A DNA stretch of 64,000 bases from an uncultured Solirubrobacteraceae bacterium (GCA_963716535.1 OY970317.1:2480123-2544122), one strand, 5' to 3'; counted from the first letter of the stretch, positions 28,143-36,778 are shown. Translations and numbers: made by a program. The notes: generated by a model not told the origin, from the letters alone.

Positions 28143-29921
28143 ATGGAGCAGGAGGCAATATTGGTGAAACAAGGTGAGGTCGTCGAGCTAGACGGCGCTC
28201 CCGCCGTGGCCTACATCCGTGTGTCGAGCAAGGAGCAGGCCGAGAAGGGCGGCGAAGCGGAGGGCTTCTCGATTCCGGCTCAGCGTGAGGCGTGCAAACG
28301 GAAGGCCGCTAGCCTCCAAGCTGCGCTGATTGAGCAGTTCGTGGAGCGGGGCGAGTCGGCCAAGACTGCCGATCGGCCGGAACTACAGCGGATGCTCCAG
28401 TTCATTGCCGAGCATCCAGTCCGCTACGTGATCGTGCACAAGGTTGATCGCCTGGCGCGCAACCGCGCCGATGACGTGGCGATCAACTTGGCGATCCGAC
28501 AGGCCGGTGCCGAACTGGTGTCGGTGTCCGAGAACATCGACCAGACACCATCGGGCCTACTGCTGCACGGCATTATGGCGTCGATCAGCGAGTTCTACAG
28601 TCGCAACCTGGCGACGGAGGTCATCAAGGGCAGCGTGCAGAAGGCCAAGAACGGCGGCACGCCCGGCAAGGCCCAAATCGGCTACCTCAACGTGCGGCAG
28701 GTCATCAACGGACGGGAGGGACGCACGGTCGAGATTGATCGGGAGCGTGGGCAGCTAGTGACCTGGGCGTTCGACGCGTATGCGACGGGCGACTGGACGA
28801 TCCGTCGTCTGCTGGCTGAGCTGACCGCCAAAGGACTGACGACGGTTCCCGGTCCCAATACGCCAAGTCGGCCGCTGACCGTCTCGCACCTGCACCGGCT
28901 GCTGCGCCACCCGTACTACGTCGGAGTGGTTCGCTACCGGGGCGTGGTCTACGAGGGCAAGCATGAGCCGCTGACAACCCCGGAGACGTGGCAGCGGGTC
29001 CAAGAGTTGCTGACGGCCAAGTACCTCACGGGCGAGCGCCACCGCGAGCACCCGCACTACCTCAAGGGCTCGATCTTCTGCGGCCAGTGTGGCTCGCGCC
29101 TGATCGTCTGCCACGCCAACGGTCGGAACGGACGCTATCCGTACTTCATCTGCATTGGCCGGCAGCGAGACAAACACAGTTGCTCGCAGCGAGCGCTACG
29201 AATTGAGCGAGTCGAAGCCGCTGTTACGCGGTACTACGCGACCATCCAACTCGCAGAGCAGGAGCTAACCGACCTTCGGGCCTTCCTCCATGAAGAACTG
29301 ACCAATCTTCGGCTCGATGCCGAGCGCGAACGCCGCGTGCAGGATCGCCGGCTCATTGGATTGCAGGCCGAGCGCAAGAAGCTCCTAGATGCCCACTACG
29401 CCGACGCCATCCCGCTCGATCTGCTCAAGAGCGAGCAAGAGCGTCTGACACGCGAGATTGAGACGGCCGAGGGCCGCCTAGCAGCCGTCGAGGGCGATTT
29501 CCGAAAGGCCGAGACGAACCTCCGAAAGGCGCTGACGCGGGCCGGCGACTGCGAGACGGCGTATCGGGAGGCATCCGGGCCGCTTCGCCGACAGTTCAAC
29601 CTCGCGTTCTTCCGGCATCTGCACATTGATGATGACTACAACGTCTCGGGCGAGCTGACCGAGCCGTTCGACAGCCTGCTTGGGCCTGAGCTGCGGCGAG
29701 CCGTGGCAGTCCGAGCTAGCGAGGCGCTGAATGATGCCGTAGCACGCGAGCTGCGCCACCGAACGGACGACGGCACCAGCCTCGAAAACGAGGAACACCC
29801 ACGGGAGCCAGCGGAGCCGCTTTCCGTGGGTGCCTCAACCACCGCCTTTTCTTATGGGGGTGGTTCTAGTACGGAAGATATGGTGCCCCGTGCGGGACTC
29901 GAACCCGCCCCACCGGATTAA
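28143..29921 (+). CDS. Large serine recombinase (integrase)
   Basis: AYIRVSS catalytic motif, SIPAQ, DRLAR, recombinase domain, Zn ribbon CGQCG...YFIC...C, coiled coil. The last 11 codons are antisense tRNA-Lys sequence. Confidence 0.95.
   Translation: MEQEAILVKQGEVVELDGAPAVAYIRVSSKEQAEKGGEAEGFSIPAQREACKRKAASLQAALIEQFVERGESAKTADRPELQRMLQFIAEHPVRYVIVHKVDRLARNRADDVAINLAIRQAGAELVSVSENIDQTPSGLLLHGIMASISEFYSRNLATEVIKGSVQKAKNGGTPGKAQIGYLNVRQVINGREGRTVEIDRERGQLVTWAFDAYATGDWTIRRLLAELTAKGLTTVPGPNTPSRPLTVSHLHRLLRHPYYVGVVRYRGVVYEGKHEPLTTPETWQRVQELLTAKYLTGERHREHPHYLKGSIFCGQCGSRLIVCHANGRNGRYPYFICIGRQRDKHSCSQRALRIERVEAAVTRYYATIQLAEQELTDLRAFLHEELTNLRLDAERERRVQDRRLIGLQAERKKLLDAHYADAIPLDLLKSEQERLTREIETAEGRLAAVEGDFRKAETNLRKALTRAGDCETAYREASGPLRRQFNLAFFRHLHIDDDYNVSGELTEPFDSLLGPELRRAVAVRASEALNDAVARELRHRTDDGTSLENEEHPREPAEPLSVGASTTAFSYGGGSSTEDMVPRAGLEPAPPD
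29837..29865 (-). terminator. Hairpin 15 nt downstream of tRNA-Lys, inside the integrase CDS
   Basis: On the minus strand AACCACCCCC / GGCGGTGGTT, a 10-bp stem with one mismatch and a 9-nt loop; no U-tract. Confidence 0.45.
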
Positions 29922-29955
29922 AAGTCCGGCGCTCTACCAGATGAGCTAACGGGGC
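29881..29955 (-). tRNA. tRNA-Lys(TTT)
   Basis: GCCCCGT acceptor, D-arm, CCGGA-CTTTTAA-TCCGG anticodon arm, GGTTCGAGTCC T-arm, ends ACCA. Confidence 0.95.
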
Positions 29956-29970
29956 CTGCGGCCGAACAGT

Positions 29971-31416
29971 CTACGGCCCTTCGGCCGCGGCCACACGCAG
30001 AAGCTCCTCGATGCGCGTGAGCTTGACGCGGGGGCGCCCGGCGGGCTCGCCGAGCGCCCGCTCGTGCCGGTCGATCGCCTCCCAGCCGGAGTACGTGACC
30101 AGCTCGGGCTGGCGCGCCCGCAAGAGCTGCTCGACGGTCGCGGGATCGGGACTGGTCGGGGTGTGCGTCGGCCCGGGTCGCGGCGCGGTTTCGTCGCCCG
30201 GCGGTGTGAGGTCGGCGAGCATCGCGTCGACGGTCTCCTGTGCATCCTTCTTGTTGGTGCCGATCACGCCCGACGGGCCGCGCTTTATCCAGCCGACGAC
30301 GTACTCGCCGGGCAACGGTGCGCCGCTGGTGGGGTCGAGCACGCGGCCGCCGTCGTTGGGGATGACCGCCGCGCGATCATCGAACGGAACGCCCGGCAGG
30401 GGAACGCCGCGGTATCCGATCGCGCGGAACGCGAGCCCGGCGGGGATCGTCTCGCGCTCGCCGGTGGGCGTCGCGCGCAGGGCGCCGTCGGGAGCGGGCA
30501 CCAGCTCGTTGCGGATCAGCTCGACCGATCCCATGCGGCCGTGCTCGTCGGGGAGGAACGCGGCCGGCGAGAGCAGGAAACGCAGCACGATGCGCTTGTC
30601 GTGACCCTTGGGCGGCTGTGCGGCGTAGCCGCGCAGGATCTCGATGTTGCGACGGCAGGTGATGTCCTCCTCGGCGGCGCTGTCGGTGACGGCTAGCGCG
30701 CGCTCCAGCTCGTCGGCGTCGACGATCACGTCGGCGTCCGCAAGCTCGCCCAGCTCCAGCAGCTCGGGGTTCGTGAAGGCCGCCTGCGCGGGGCCGCGGC
30801 GACCGAGGATCACGACCTCGCGCACGCGGCTATCGGCGAGCACCTCGAGCGCATGGTCGGCTGTGTCGGTCGGCGCCAGCTCCTGCGGCGCGAGCACGAG
30901 CATGCGCGCGACGTCCAGCGCGACGTTGCCGTTGCCTACGACTACCGCGCGCTCGGCCGCGGCACCGCCGCCGGAGGCGGTGGTGAGGTCGAACTCGAGG
31001 TGCGTATGGTCGGGGTGGCCGTTGTACCAGCCGACGAACTCGGTCGCCGCGTGCGAGCCGGGCAGGTCTTCGCCGGGAATGCCGAGCGGCCGGTCAGACG
31101 GTGAGCCGGTGGCGTACACGACCGCGTGGTAGTGCGCCAGCAGGTCCTCCCTGGAGACATGCTCGCCGAGCGTGACGTTTCCGAAGTAGCGAAAGCGCGG
31201 GTGCGCCGCGGTCTTCTCGTAGATGCGCGTCACCGACTTGATCTTCGGATGGTCCGGGGCGACGCCCGAGCGGACCAGCCCCCACGGCGTCGGCAGGCGC
31301 TCGAGCATGTCGACCTCGAAGCGTTCGCTCGCGTGCTTCAGCAGGTGCCCCGCAGCGTAGAAGCCGGCTGGGCCCGAGCCGACGACCGCGACACGGATGG
31401 GCTGCTCGTCGGTCAT
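29971..31416 (-). CDS. fprA: Ferredoxin-NADP+ reductase (adrenodoxin reductase-like)
   Basis: VAVVGSGPAGFY, PWGLVRSGVAPDHP, GNGNVALDVAR, GWIKRGPSGVIGTN. Confidence 0.9.
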   Translation of the reverse strand: MTDEQPIRVAVVGSGPAGFYAAGHLLKHASERFEVDMLERLPTPWGLVRSGVAPDHPKIKSVTRIYEKTAAHPRFRYFGNVTLGEHVSREDLLAHYHAVVYATGSPSDRPLGIPGEDLPGSHAATEFVGWYNGHPDHTHLEFDLTTASGGGAAAERAVVVGNGNVALDVARMLVLAPQELAPTDTADHALEVLADSRVREVVILGRRGPAQAAFTNPELLELGELADADVIVDADELERALAVTDSAAEEDITCRRNIEILRGYAAQPPKGHDKRIVLRFLLSPAAFLPDEHGRMGSVELIRNELVPAPDGALRATPTGERETIPAGLAFRAIGYRGVPLPGVPFDDRAAVIPNDGGRVLDPTSGAPLPGEYVVGWIKRGPSGVIGTNKKDAQETVDAMLADLTPPGDETAPRPGPTHTPTSPDPATVEQLLRARQPELVTYSGWEAIDRHERALGEPAGRPRVKLTRIEELLRVAAAEGP

Positions 31417-31460
31417 CGGCCGGTCTGTGGTCGGAGTTCGGATGCTGGCACGGGAGAGGA

Positions 31461-31534
31461 TGGGCGCGGCCCGACTCGAACGGGCGACCCCCTCGGTGTA
31501 AGCGAGGTGCTCTAGCCAACTGAGCTACGCGCCC
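31461..31534 (-). tRNA. tRNA-Val(TAC), CCA not encoded
   Basis: GGGCGCG acceptor, CCTCG-CTTACAC-CGAGG anticodon arm, GTTCGAGT T-loop. Confidence 0.95.
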
Positions 31535-31591
31535 TCGTTGGGCTCATAAGGCTAGCGTGAGTTGACGAGCGCGCCCTGCAAAGCTGTTGCG

Positions 31592-32263
31592 GTGGGCAGA
31601 GGAGCGCGGATCGGGCTGGGGCTGGCGGGCGCGGTGCTGCTGGTGCTCGTGCTCGCCCAGCTGCTGCTGCCGTGGTTGGCAGCCAAGCGGGTCAGCTCGC
31701 GGGTCGGCCGCTACGGCAAGGTGCTGAGCGTCAGCGTCAGCGCGTGGCCGGCGATCGAGCTGCTGTGGGGTCACGCGGGCTCTGTGCGCGTGCGCGCCAA
31801 GAGCCTCGCGCTCAGCCCGTCACAGGTGGGGGGCCTGCTGTGGGAATCGCACGGCGTGTCAGACATGGACGTGAGCGCCGAAAGCGTGCAGCTGGGACAG
31901 CTGCGGGTCAGCGACGCCAGCCTGCGCAAGCGCGGCGACGCGCTGAGCGCGCAGGCGCTGGCAAGCGAAGCGGACGTCGCGGCCGCGCTGCCGTCGGGAT
32001 TCAGCGTGCGCCTGCTGCGCAGCGAAGGCGGGCAGGTGGAAGTGCAGGCAACCGGCGGGCTGTTCGGCATCGGCGCGTCCGTCAACGCGGTCGCGGGCGC
32101 CAGCGACGGCAAGCTGGTCGCGCATCCCGTCGGCTTCCTGATCGGGGGACTGCGGCTGACGCTGTACTCCGATCCGCACGTGTACGTCGAGGGCGTCGGC
32201 GCGAGCGTGCAGAGCGAGCAGCCGCTGAGCTATCGCCTGACGATGAGCGCTGCGCTGCGCTGA
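31592..32263 (+). CDS. LmeA/DUF2993-like membrane-anchored protein
   Basis: N-terminal TM then VSVSAWPAIELLWGHAGSVRV beta-rich pattern; start approximate. Confidence 0.6.
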   Translation: MGRGARIGLGLAGAVLLVLVLAQLLLPWLAAKRVSSRVGRYGKVLSVSVSAWPAIELLWGHAGSVRVRAKSLALSPSQVGGLLWESHGVSDMDVSAESVQLGQLRVSDASLRKRGDALSAQALASEADVAAALPSGFSVRLLRSEGGQVEVQATGGLFGIGASVNAVAGASDGKLVAHPVGFLIGGLRLTLYSDPHVYVEGVGASVQSEQPLSYRLTMSAALR

Positions 32264-32287
32264 TCGCTCACGTCGTCCGCCGCGCGC

Positions 32288-33742
32288 TCACGCCGCCGCG
32301 CGCAGATCCGCGGTGGCGATCGCGTCCCGCGGCCGCACCAGCATCGGCAGCCCGTCCTTCGGGCTGATCGTCGGCATCTGACGGATGCCCAGCTGGAAGT
32401 CCGCGGGCAGCGACAGCGTGCAACGGGAGAGGATCAGCGTCGCGATCGTGCGCACCTCGAGCTGCCCGAAGCGCATGCCGATGCACGTGCGCGAGCCGCC
32501 GCCGAACGGCACGTAGGCGCCCTTGGGCAGCGTCGCCCGGGCCGCTTCGCTGAAGCGCTCGGGGCGGAACTCCTCGGGCTCCGGGAACACGTCCGGCAGG
32601 TGGTGCGAAGCCCACGAGCAGTAGTTGACGAACGCGCGTGCTGGCACCGTGTGGCCTTCGAACTCGAACGACTCGACCGCGCGTCGCGGTCCCACCCACG
32701 CTGGCGGATACTTGCGCAGCGTCTCGTCGAGGACCATCTCCAGCTCGGTCAGCTCGCCGGACATCAGCTGGGAGGCCGTCGGCCGCCCGTCCGACAGCTC
32801 GGCGTCCTGCTCGGCCAGCAGACGCGCGACGATGCGCGGCTGGCGCGCCAGCTCATAGAACATGAACGACACGGTCGAGGTCGTCGTGTCGTGGCCCGCG
32901 AACAGCAGCGTCATCGCCTCGTCGCGGATCTGCGTGTCGGTGAGCGTGTTGCCGTCCTCGTCGTGCGCGTCGAGCAGCAGGCTGAGGATGTCCTCGCCGC
33001 GCTCGCCGGTGGCGCGCCGGCGCGAGATCTCCGAGTAGATCAGCGTGTCGAGCTTGCGCGCGGCGCGCTGCATGCGTGCCCACGGCGAGCGACGCCCGCG
33101 CAGCACGCGCAGGAAGTAGTCGGCCGTGTAGAACGACAGCGCGTCCTCGAACAGGCCCGCGGCGTCGATCGCGCGCGCCCGCGGGCCGTCGGGGTCGATG
33201 CCGAACAGCGCGCGCATCGCCACACGCACCGCCAGGTGCCTCGTCCACGTGTAGAGGTCGACGCGTGTGCCCGGCGTCAGCTCGTCGAGCGCGTGCGTAG
33301 TCTCGTCGATCACCGCCTCGGCCGACGCCGCGATGTGCTCGCGGTGGAACGTCGGCAGCATGATCAGCCGCGAGCGGCGATGGAACTCGCCGTCGATCGT
33401 CAGCAGACCGTCGCCCATCAGGCCGATCAGGTCGCGGAAGTGCGAGTCGCGCCACGTGAAGTTCGACGCGTGCGAGACCGTGATGTAGTGGTTGGCCGCC
33501 GGCCCCAGCATGAACACCACGTTGCTGTGGAAGATCCGCAGCGTGAAGATCGGGCCGAAGCGCTCGTACGCGTCGAGCAGCATCGGCAGCGGGTCCGCCG
33601 CGAAACTGCGCGTGCGCGCCAGCGACAGGCGCGTCTCGCCCGGCGGGAACGGCACCGCCGCCGCGCGCTCGTCGCGGATGTCTTCCAGCATCACCGCCAG
33701 CGGTCTCGAGTTCAGCAGTGGAGGAGGACCGACGAGCGCCAC
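32288..33742 (-). CDS. Cytochrome P450
   Basis: I-helix AGHDTT, ETLR (ExxR), heme motif FGGGSRTCIG. Confidence 0.97.
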   Translation of the reverse strand: MALVGPPPLLNSRPLAVMLEDIRDERAAAVPFPPGETRLSLARTRSFAADPLPMLLDAYERFGPIFTLRIFHSNVVFMLGPAANHYITVSHASNFTWRDSHFRDLIGLMGDGLLTIDGEFHRRSRLIMLPTFHREHIAASAEAVIDETTHALDELTPGTRVDLYTWTRHLAVRVAMRALFGIDPDGPRARAIDAAGLFEDALSFYTADYFLRVLRGRRSPWARMQRAARKLDTLIYSEISRRRATGERGEDILSLLLDAHDEDGNTLTDTQIRDEAMTLLFAGHDTTTSTVSFMFYELARQPRIVARLLAEQDAELSDGRPTASQLMSGELTELEMVLDETLRKYPPAWVGPRRAVESFEFEGHTVPARAFVNYCSWASHHLPDVFPEPEEFRPERFSEAARATLPKGAYVPFGGGSRTCIGMRFGQLEVRTIATLILSRCTLSLPADFQLGIRQMPTISPKDGLPMLVRPRDAIATADLRAAA

Positions 33743-33859
33743 AGCGCAAGACTAGCGAAGCTGGCCGGCTGGCCAACTTTCGGCGAGCATGGGGCCGACG
33801 GCCCGGCCTTGGCATACTGATGAGGCGAGGTGTGCCGCGTCCGGCGCCCCGAGCATCGC

Positions 33860-33933
33860 GGGGGCGTAGCTCAGCAGGTTAGAGCGCTGCCCTGTCACGG
33901 CAGAGGTCGCGGGTTCGAGTCCCGTCGCTCCCG
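33860..33933 (+). tRNA. tRNA-Asp(GTC), CCA not encoded
   Basis: GGGGGCG acceptor, CTGCC-CTGTCAC-GGCAG anticodon arm, GGTTCGAGTCC T-arm. Confidence 0.95.
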
Positions 33934-33992
33934 TAATTACCCCCGCGTTTTGCAGGGATTTCGTTTGATGCTGCTCGCTAGACTCCTGGGCA

Positions 33993-34307
33993 GTGTTTGA
34001 CAATGCCGTAATAGAGGAGGCAGGTCGCCGCATACGTGAGGCCGCCCCGCCGAACAGCCGAGTGATTCTGTTCGGGTCTCACGCCCGAGGCGAAGCCGGG
34101 GAGCACAGCGACCTTGACTTTCTGGTGATCGAGCCGTCGGTCGAAGGCTGGGGACGCGAGTCTGTGCGGTTGCGCAGAACGTTGAGAGGCCTCAACGTGT
34201 TCGCTGACATCATCGTTGTCAGCGAGGAGAGCGTCCGCGAGTGGTGCGACGTATATGGCCACGTGATCCACTCGGCGATGTCCGAGGGACGCGAGCTGGC
34301 GGCCTGA
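33993..34307 (+). CDS. Minimal nucleotidyltransferase (MNT) antitoxin
   Basis: VILFGSHARG...SDLDFLVI Pol-beta NTase motif. Confidence 0.9.
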   Translation: MFDNAVIEEAGRRIREAAPPNSRVILFGSHARGEAGEHSDLDFLVIEPSVEGWGRESVRLRRTLRGLNVFADIIVVSEESVREWCDVYGHVIHSAMSEGRELAA

Positions 34308-34732
34308 TGGCCACCCGAATCGACCTCGCCAAGCGACTGCTGCAGCGTGCCCGTGACGATGAGGCCGCGGCCAAAGCGATGCTGCCGATCGAGTCCGTCA
34401 CAGACGTAATCGTCGGGATGCTCGCTCAGCAGGCAGTCGAGAAGTCGCTAAAGGCGATTCTCTCCTTCAGTGCTGTGAGCTTTCCGTTTGTTCACGACAT
34501 CGACGAATTGACCGTTCTTTGTATAAACGCCGGGCATTCGCTGCCCGACAGCTTGCGTGAAGCCGACCAACTCACCCCCTACGCGGGCACCCTGCGATAC
34601 GACGCTGAGGATCCGGAGCTGGTCGAGCGCGAGACGGCGTTGCGCTGGGCCACATCCGCCGTCGCGTGGGCTCGCGGAATCGTTGAAGTTGCGGAGGAGC
34701 CGGTCGCACCCGAGGACGCAGCCGTGGACTGA
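34307..34732 (+). CDS. HEPN domain protein (toxin of MNT-HEPN pair)
   Basis: AQQAVEKSLKAIL, FPFVHDIDEL, LTPYAGTLRY; TGATG coupling. Confidence 0.88.
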   Translation: MATRIDLAKRLLQRARDDEAAAKAMLPIESVTDVIVGMLAQQAVEKSLKAILSFSAVSFPFVHDIDELTVLCINAGHSLPDSLREADQLTPYAGTLRYDAEDPELVERETALRWATSAVAWARGIVEVAEEPVAPEDAAVD

Positions 34733-34746
34733 GCCCATGGCATCCC

Positions 34747-36054
34747 ATGCCAGATGAGCCCCGGACCGATCCTCAACATCTACGCTTCAATTACGGCATG
34801 GTCGTAACAAGAGGCGTCGGGAGGCATCCAAACCTCGAGCAGCTCGAGGAGGTCCGCTGGATGCTGTCTGTGGAACTGGATGAGGAATGGGCGTTGGATG
34901 CGACGCGCCTTGTCGCGACGGGCTTCGGTGGCTGGGTCACGATCTTTCAGCCACCGCTGCCGCTTGACGATGACCTTGAGGAGATTTCGGGGTTTGCATC
35001 CGGGTGGATCGCGACCGACTGGCAGGTGCTGCAGTGGCGCGAGGTGCCAGATGGTGGTCAGACAGACCGTGCGCGGGCCGCGATCGCGCTAAAGGACATC
35101 CTCGACGTGGTGCCAGGCCGATTCCATGACTGGGTGATGGGGACCACAGAGGAGGCGCTTAGAACACTAGAGGAGCTCGTGCCGCAGCTTGGGTCGCCTG
35201 ATGGTGACCTGCTCATCGACGATGGTGCTGCGATGCTTGCTGGGATCTCCACCTTGCGCTCTCAGCTCGCGGAGGGCCGAGAGCGCAGCAATGAACTACG
35301 CAGGCGAAGGGAACGCTTCTATGGTCAGCTCCACCTCTATGACTTCGCTCCCGACGCCGAACTCTATTGGCGCTTGGATCTAGCCGCCGATGGAGTTGAG
35401 GCATTGATCGTTCGTCCGGCGGAAGAGTCTGACGACAGGTCCGCTCGGGCGTTCCTGCCCCCTGACGAAGTGACCGAGTGGCGGTGGACAAAGCCGGAGT
35501 CTCCTGACGATGGGGGCAAGTACCTGACTCCGTCGGAGGTGCTGGCCAGGATCCCACCTCAGTTCCACGGCTGGGTCGCCGCGAGGACACACGAGGCGCT
35601 GCAGCGCACACGCCACACGCTGCACGAGATGGCTGGTCACACACTGATGGACCATGAGGATCTAGCGCGAATGTCCAAGCTGGCGCAACACGCACGCGGC
35701 CTGATCGGCGGCTCGCAAGCATGGGGAGGCCCGAACGCCGCAAGTGAGATCGATGAGTCGCCGATCGCCGAGGCACGCAGCCCAGAGGGCCGTCTCGTGC
35801 TTCTCTTTGCCAGTGCCTGGCAGCACATAGTGGATGGCCATCCTGAGGTCGAGCATCACTTGGACACCGTGGTCGAGACCTTGCGACAGCCAGAGCATCG
35901 TGAGCCGGACTCACGCGTTGGGCGCGAACGTTTCTTCAGGCGTGGAGGGCCGGAGGGCTGGATGCGCGTGGTTGTGCAGACCGACGGGCTGATCGACCGT
36001 GTCGTGACCGCCTTCCCTCAGGTGAATCCGCCTGAACGCTGGAGGTCTAGATGA
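34747..36054 (+). CDS. Hypothetical protein: duplicated N-terminal domain + C-terminal RelE/DUF4258-like putative RNase
   Basis: Two similar ~100-aa units, then AWQHIVDGHPEV...WMRVVV...VVTAF at the C-terminus; followed by a DUF2283-like gene. Confidence 0.65.
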   Translation: MPDEPRTDPQHLRFNYGMVVTRGVGRHPNLEQLEEVRWMLSVELDEEWALDATRLVATGFGGWVTIFQPPLPLDDDLEEISGFASGWIATDWQVLQWREVPDGGQTDRARAAIALKDILDVVPGRFHDWVMGTTEEALRTLEELVPQLGSPDGDLLIDDGAAMLAGISTLRSQLAEGRERSNELRRRRERFYGQLHLYDFAPDAELYWRLDLAADGVEALIVRPAEESDDRSARAFLPPDEVTEWRWTKPESPDDGGKYLTPSEVLARIPPQFHGWVAARTHEALQRTRHTLHEMAGHTLMDHEDLARMSKLAQHARGLIGGSQAWGGPNAASEIDESPIAEARSPEGRLVLLFASAWQHIVDGHPEVEHHLDTVVETLRQPEHREPDSRVGRERFFRRGGPEGWMRVVVQTDGLIDRVVTAFPQVNPPERWRSR

Positions 36055-36344
36055 GCGTGCGGATCGCTGGGCACGAGTTCGAGCAGGCGAGTTACGACGA
36101 CATCGGCGACGTGCTCTACCTGCGGAACACAGAGCAGCCGGGGGCCTCGTTGACCACCTACGCGACCCCAGAGGGGCATGCGGTGCGAATGGATGAGGCT
36201 GGGGACATTGTTGGAATGACGATCGTCAACGCCCGCTGGCTCGCCGATCGGGACGGCGCGCTCGTTGTATCGACGCCATATCGGCGGATCGAGGTCGATG
36301 CCATTGACGTTGGTGCCCTGCTCGAACGAGCTATAAGCACGTGA
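36051..36344 (+). CDS. DUF2283-like protein (putative antitoxin)
   Basis: YDDIGDVLYL and DEAGDIVGMTIVNA motifs; ATGA overlap. Confidence 0.8.
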   Translation: MSVRIAGHEFEQASYDDIGDVLYLRNTEQPGASLTTYATPEGHAVRMDEAGDIVGMTIVNARWLADRDGALVVSTPYRRIEVDAIDVGALLERAIST

Positions 36345-36778
36345 GCAACTGGGAGCCCGGGGACGTTGCCGCGCTTCTCACCAATCCGTTCTACGCGATT
36401 GAAATCCATAAGTCTTTCAGTAGGTCACACGGACACGTGTTGACCGAGGCGCGCTGGATTGCCTCGAACGAGAGAGCAGCCAGGGAAGTGGGAGCCGCGC
36501 AATGGCTCGAAAAGCTGATGTCGGCTCTCCAGGCGGATCACTCTCGTGGACGCTTCGAGCGTAGTTCACTAGCCATGGCAGACCCGTATCAGGCGGTCAC
36601 TGTCGATCCGACGCTCTGTCTCGAGCACCCGCCGATCGTCAACGTGGACCTTTGGGTCAGGGCGAACGCCACCGGTCTCGAGGAACATAGTGTGACGTGG
36701 CTTCGTAATCTCTTGTTCGTTCTCAAGGGCGTGTATCCCGGTTCAGATTCGCCGAGCGGTGAGGGCCAGGGCAGTTGA
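36341..36778 (+). CDS. Hypothetical protein with internal tandem repeat
   Basis: NPFYAIEI...H..L.E..WI..N...WL..L..LQ and DPYQAVTV...H..I....WV..N...WLRNL..LK. Confidence 0.7.
   Translation: MSNWEPGDVAALLTNPFYAIEIHKSFSRSHGHVLTEARWIASNERAAREVGAAQWLEKLMSALQADHSRGRFERSSLAMADPYQAVTVDPTLCLEHPPIVNVDLWVRANATGLEEHSVTWLRNLLFVLKGVYPGSDSPSGEGQGS

Larger units (their letters stand above)
16291..29886. mobile_element. ~13.6 kb integrative (mobilisable) element at the 3' end of tRNA-Lys
   Basis: Large serine recombinase abutting tRNA-Lys, replication-relaxation gene, VirD4-like ATPase, XRE regulators, visibly AT-richer cargo. Junctions gaaaTGCacat (16291-16293) and atggTGCcccg (29884-29886) share TGC in the same codon phase. 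Confidence 0.8.

Noticed and set aside
16291-29886. Prophage interpretation of the element
   Set aside because: No terminase, portal, capsid, tail or lysis genes are present.
29971-33742. fprA + P450 as a dedicated redox operon
   Set aside because: They are separated by tRNA-Val and an opposite-strand gene, and no ferredoxin is present; proximity alone is weak evidence.
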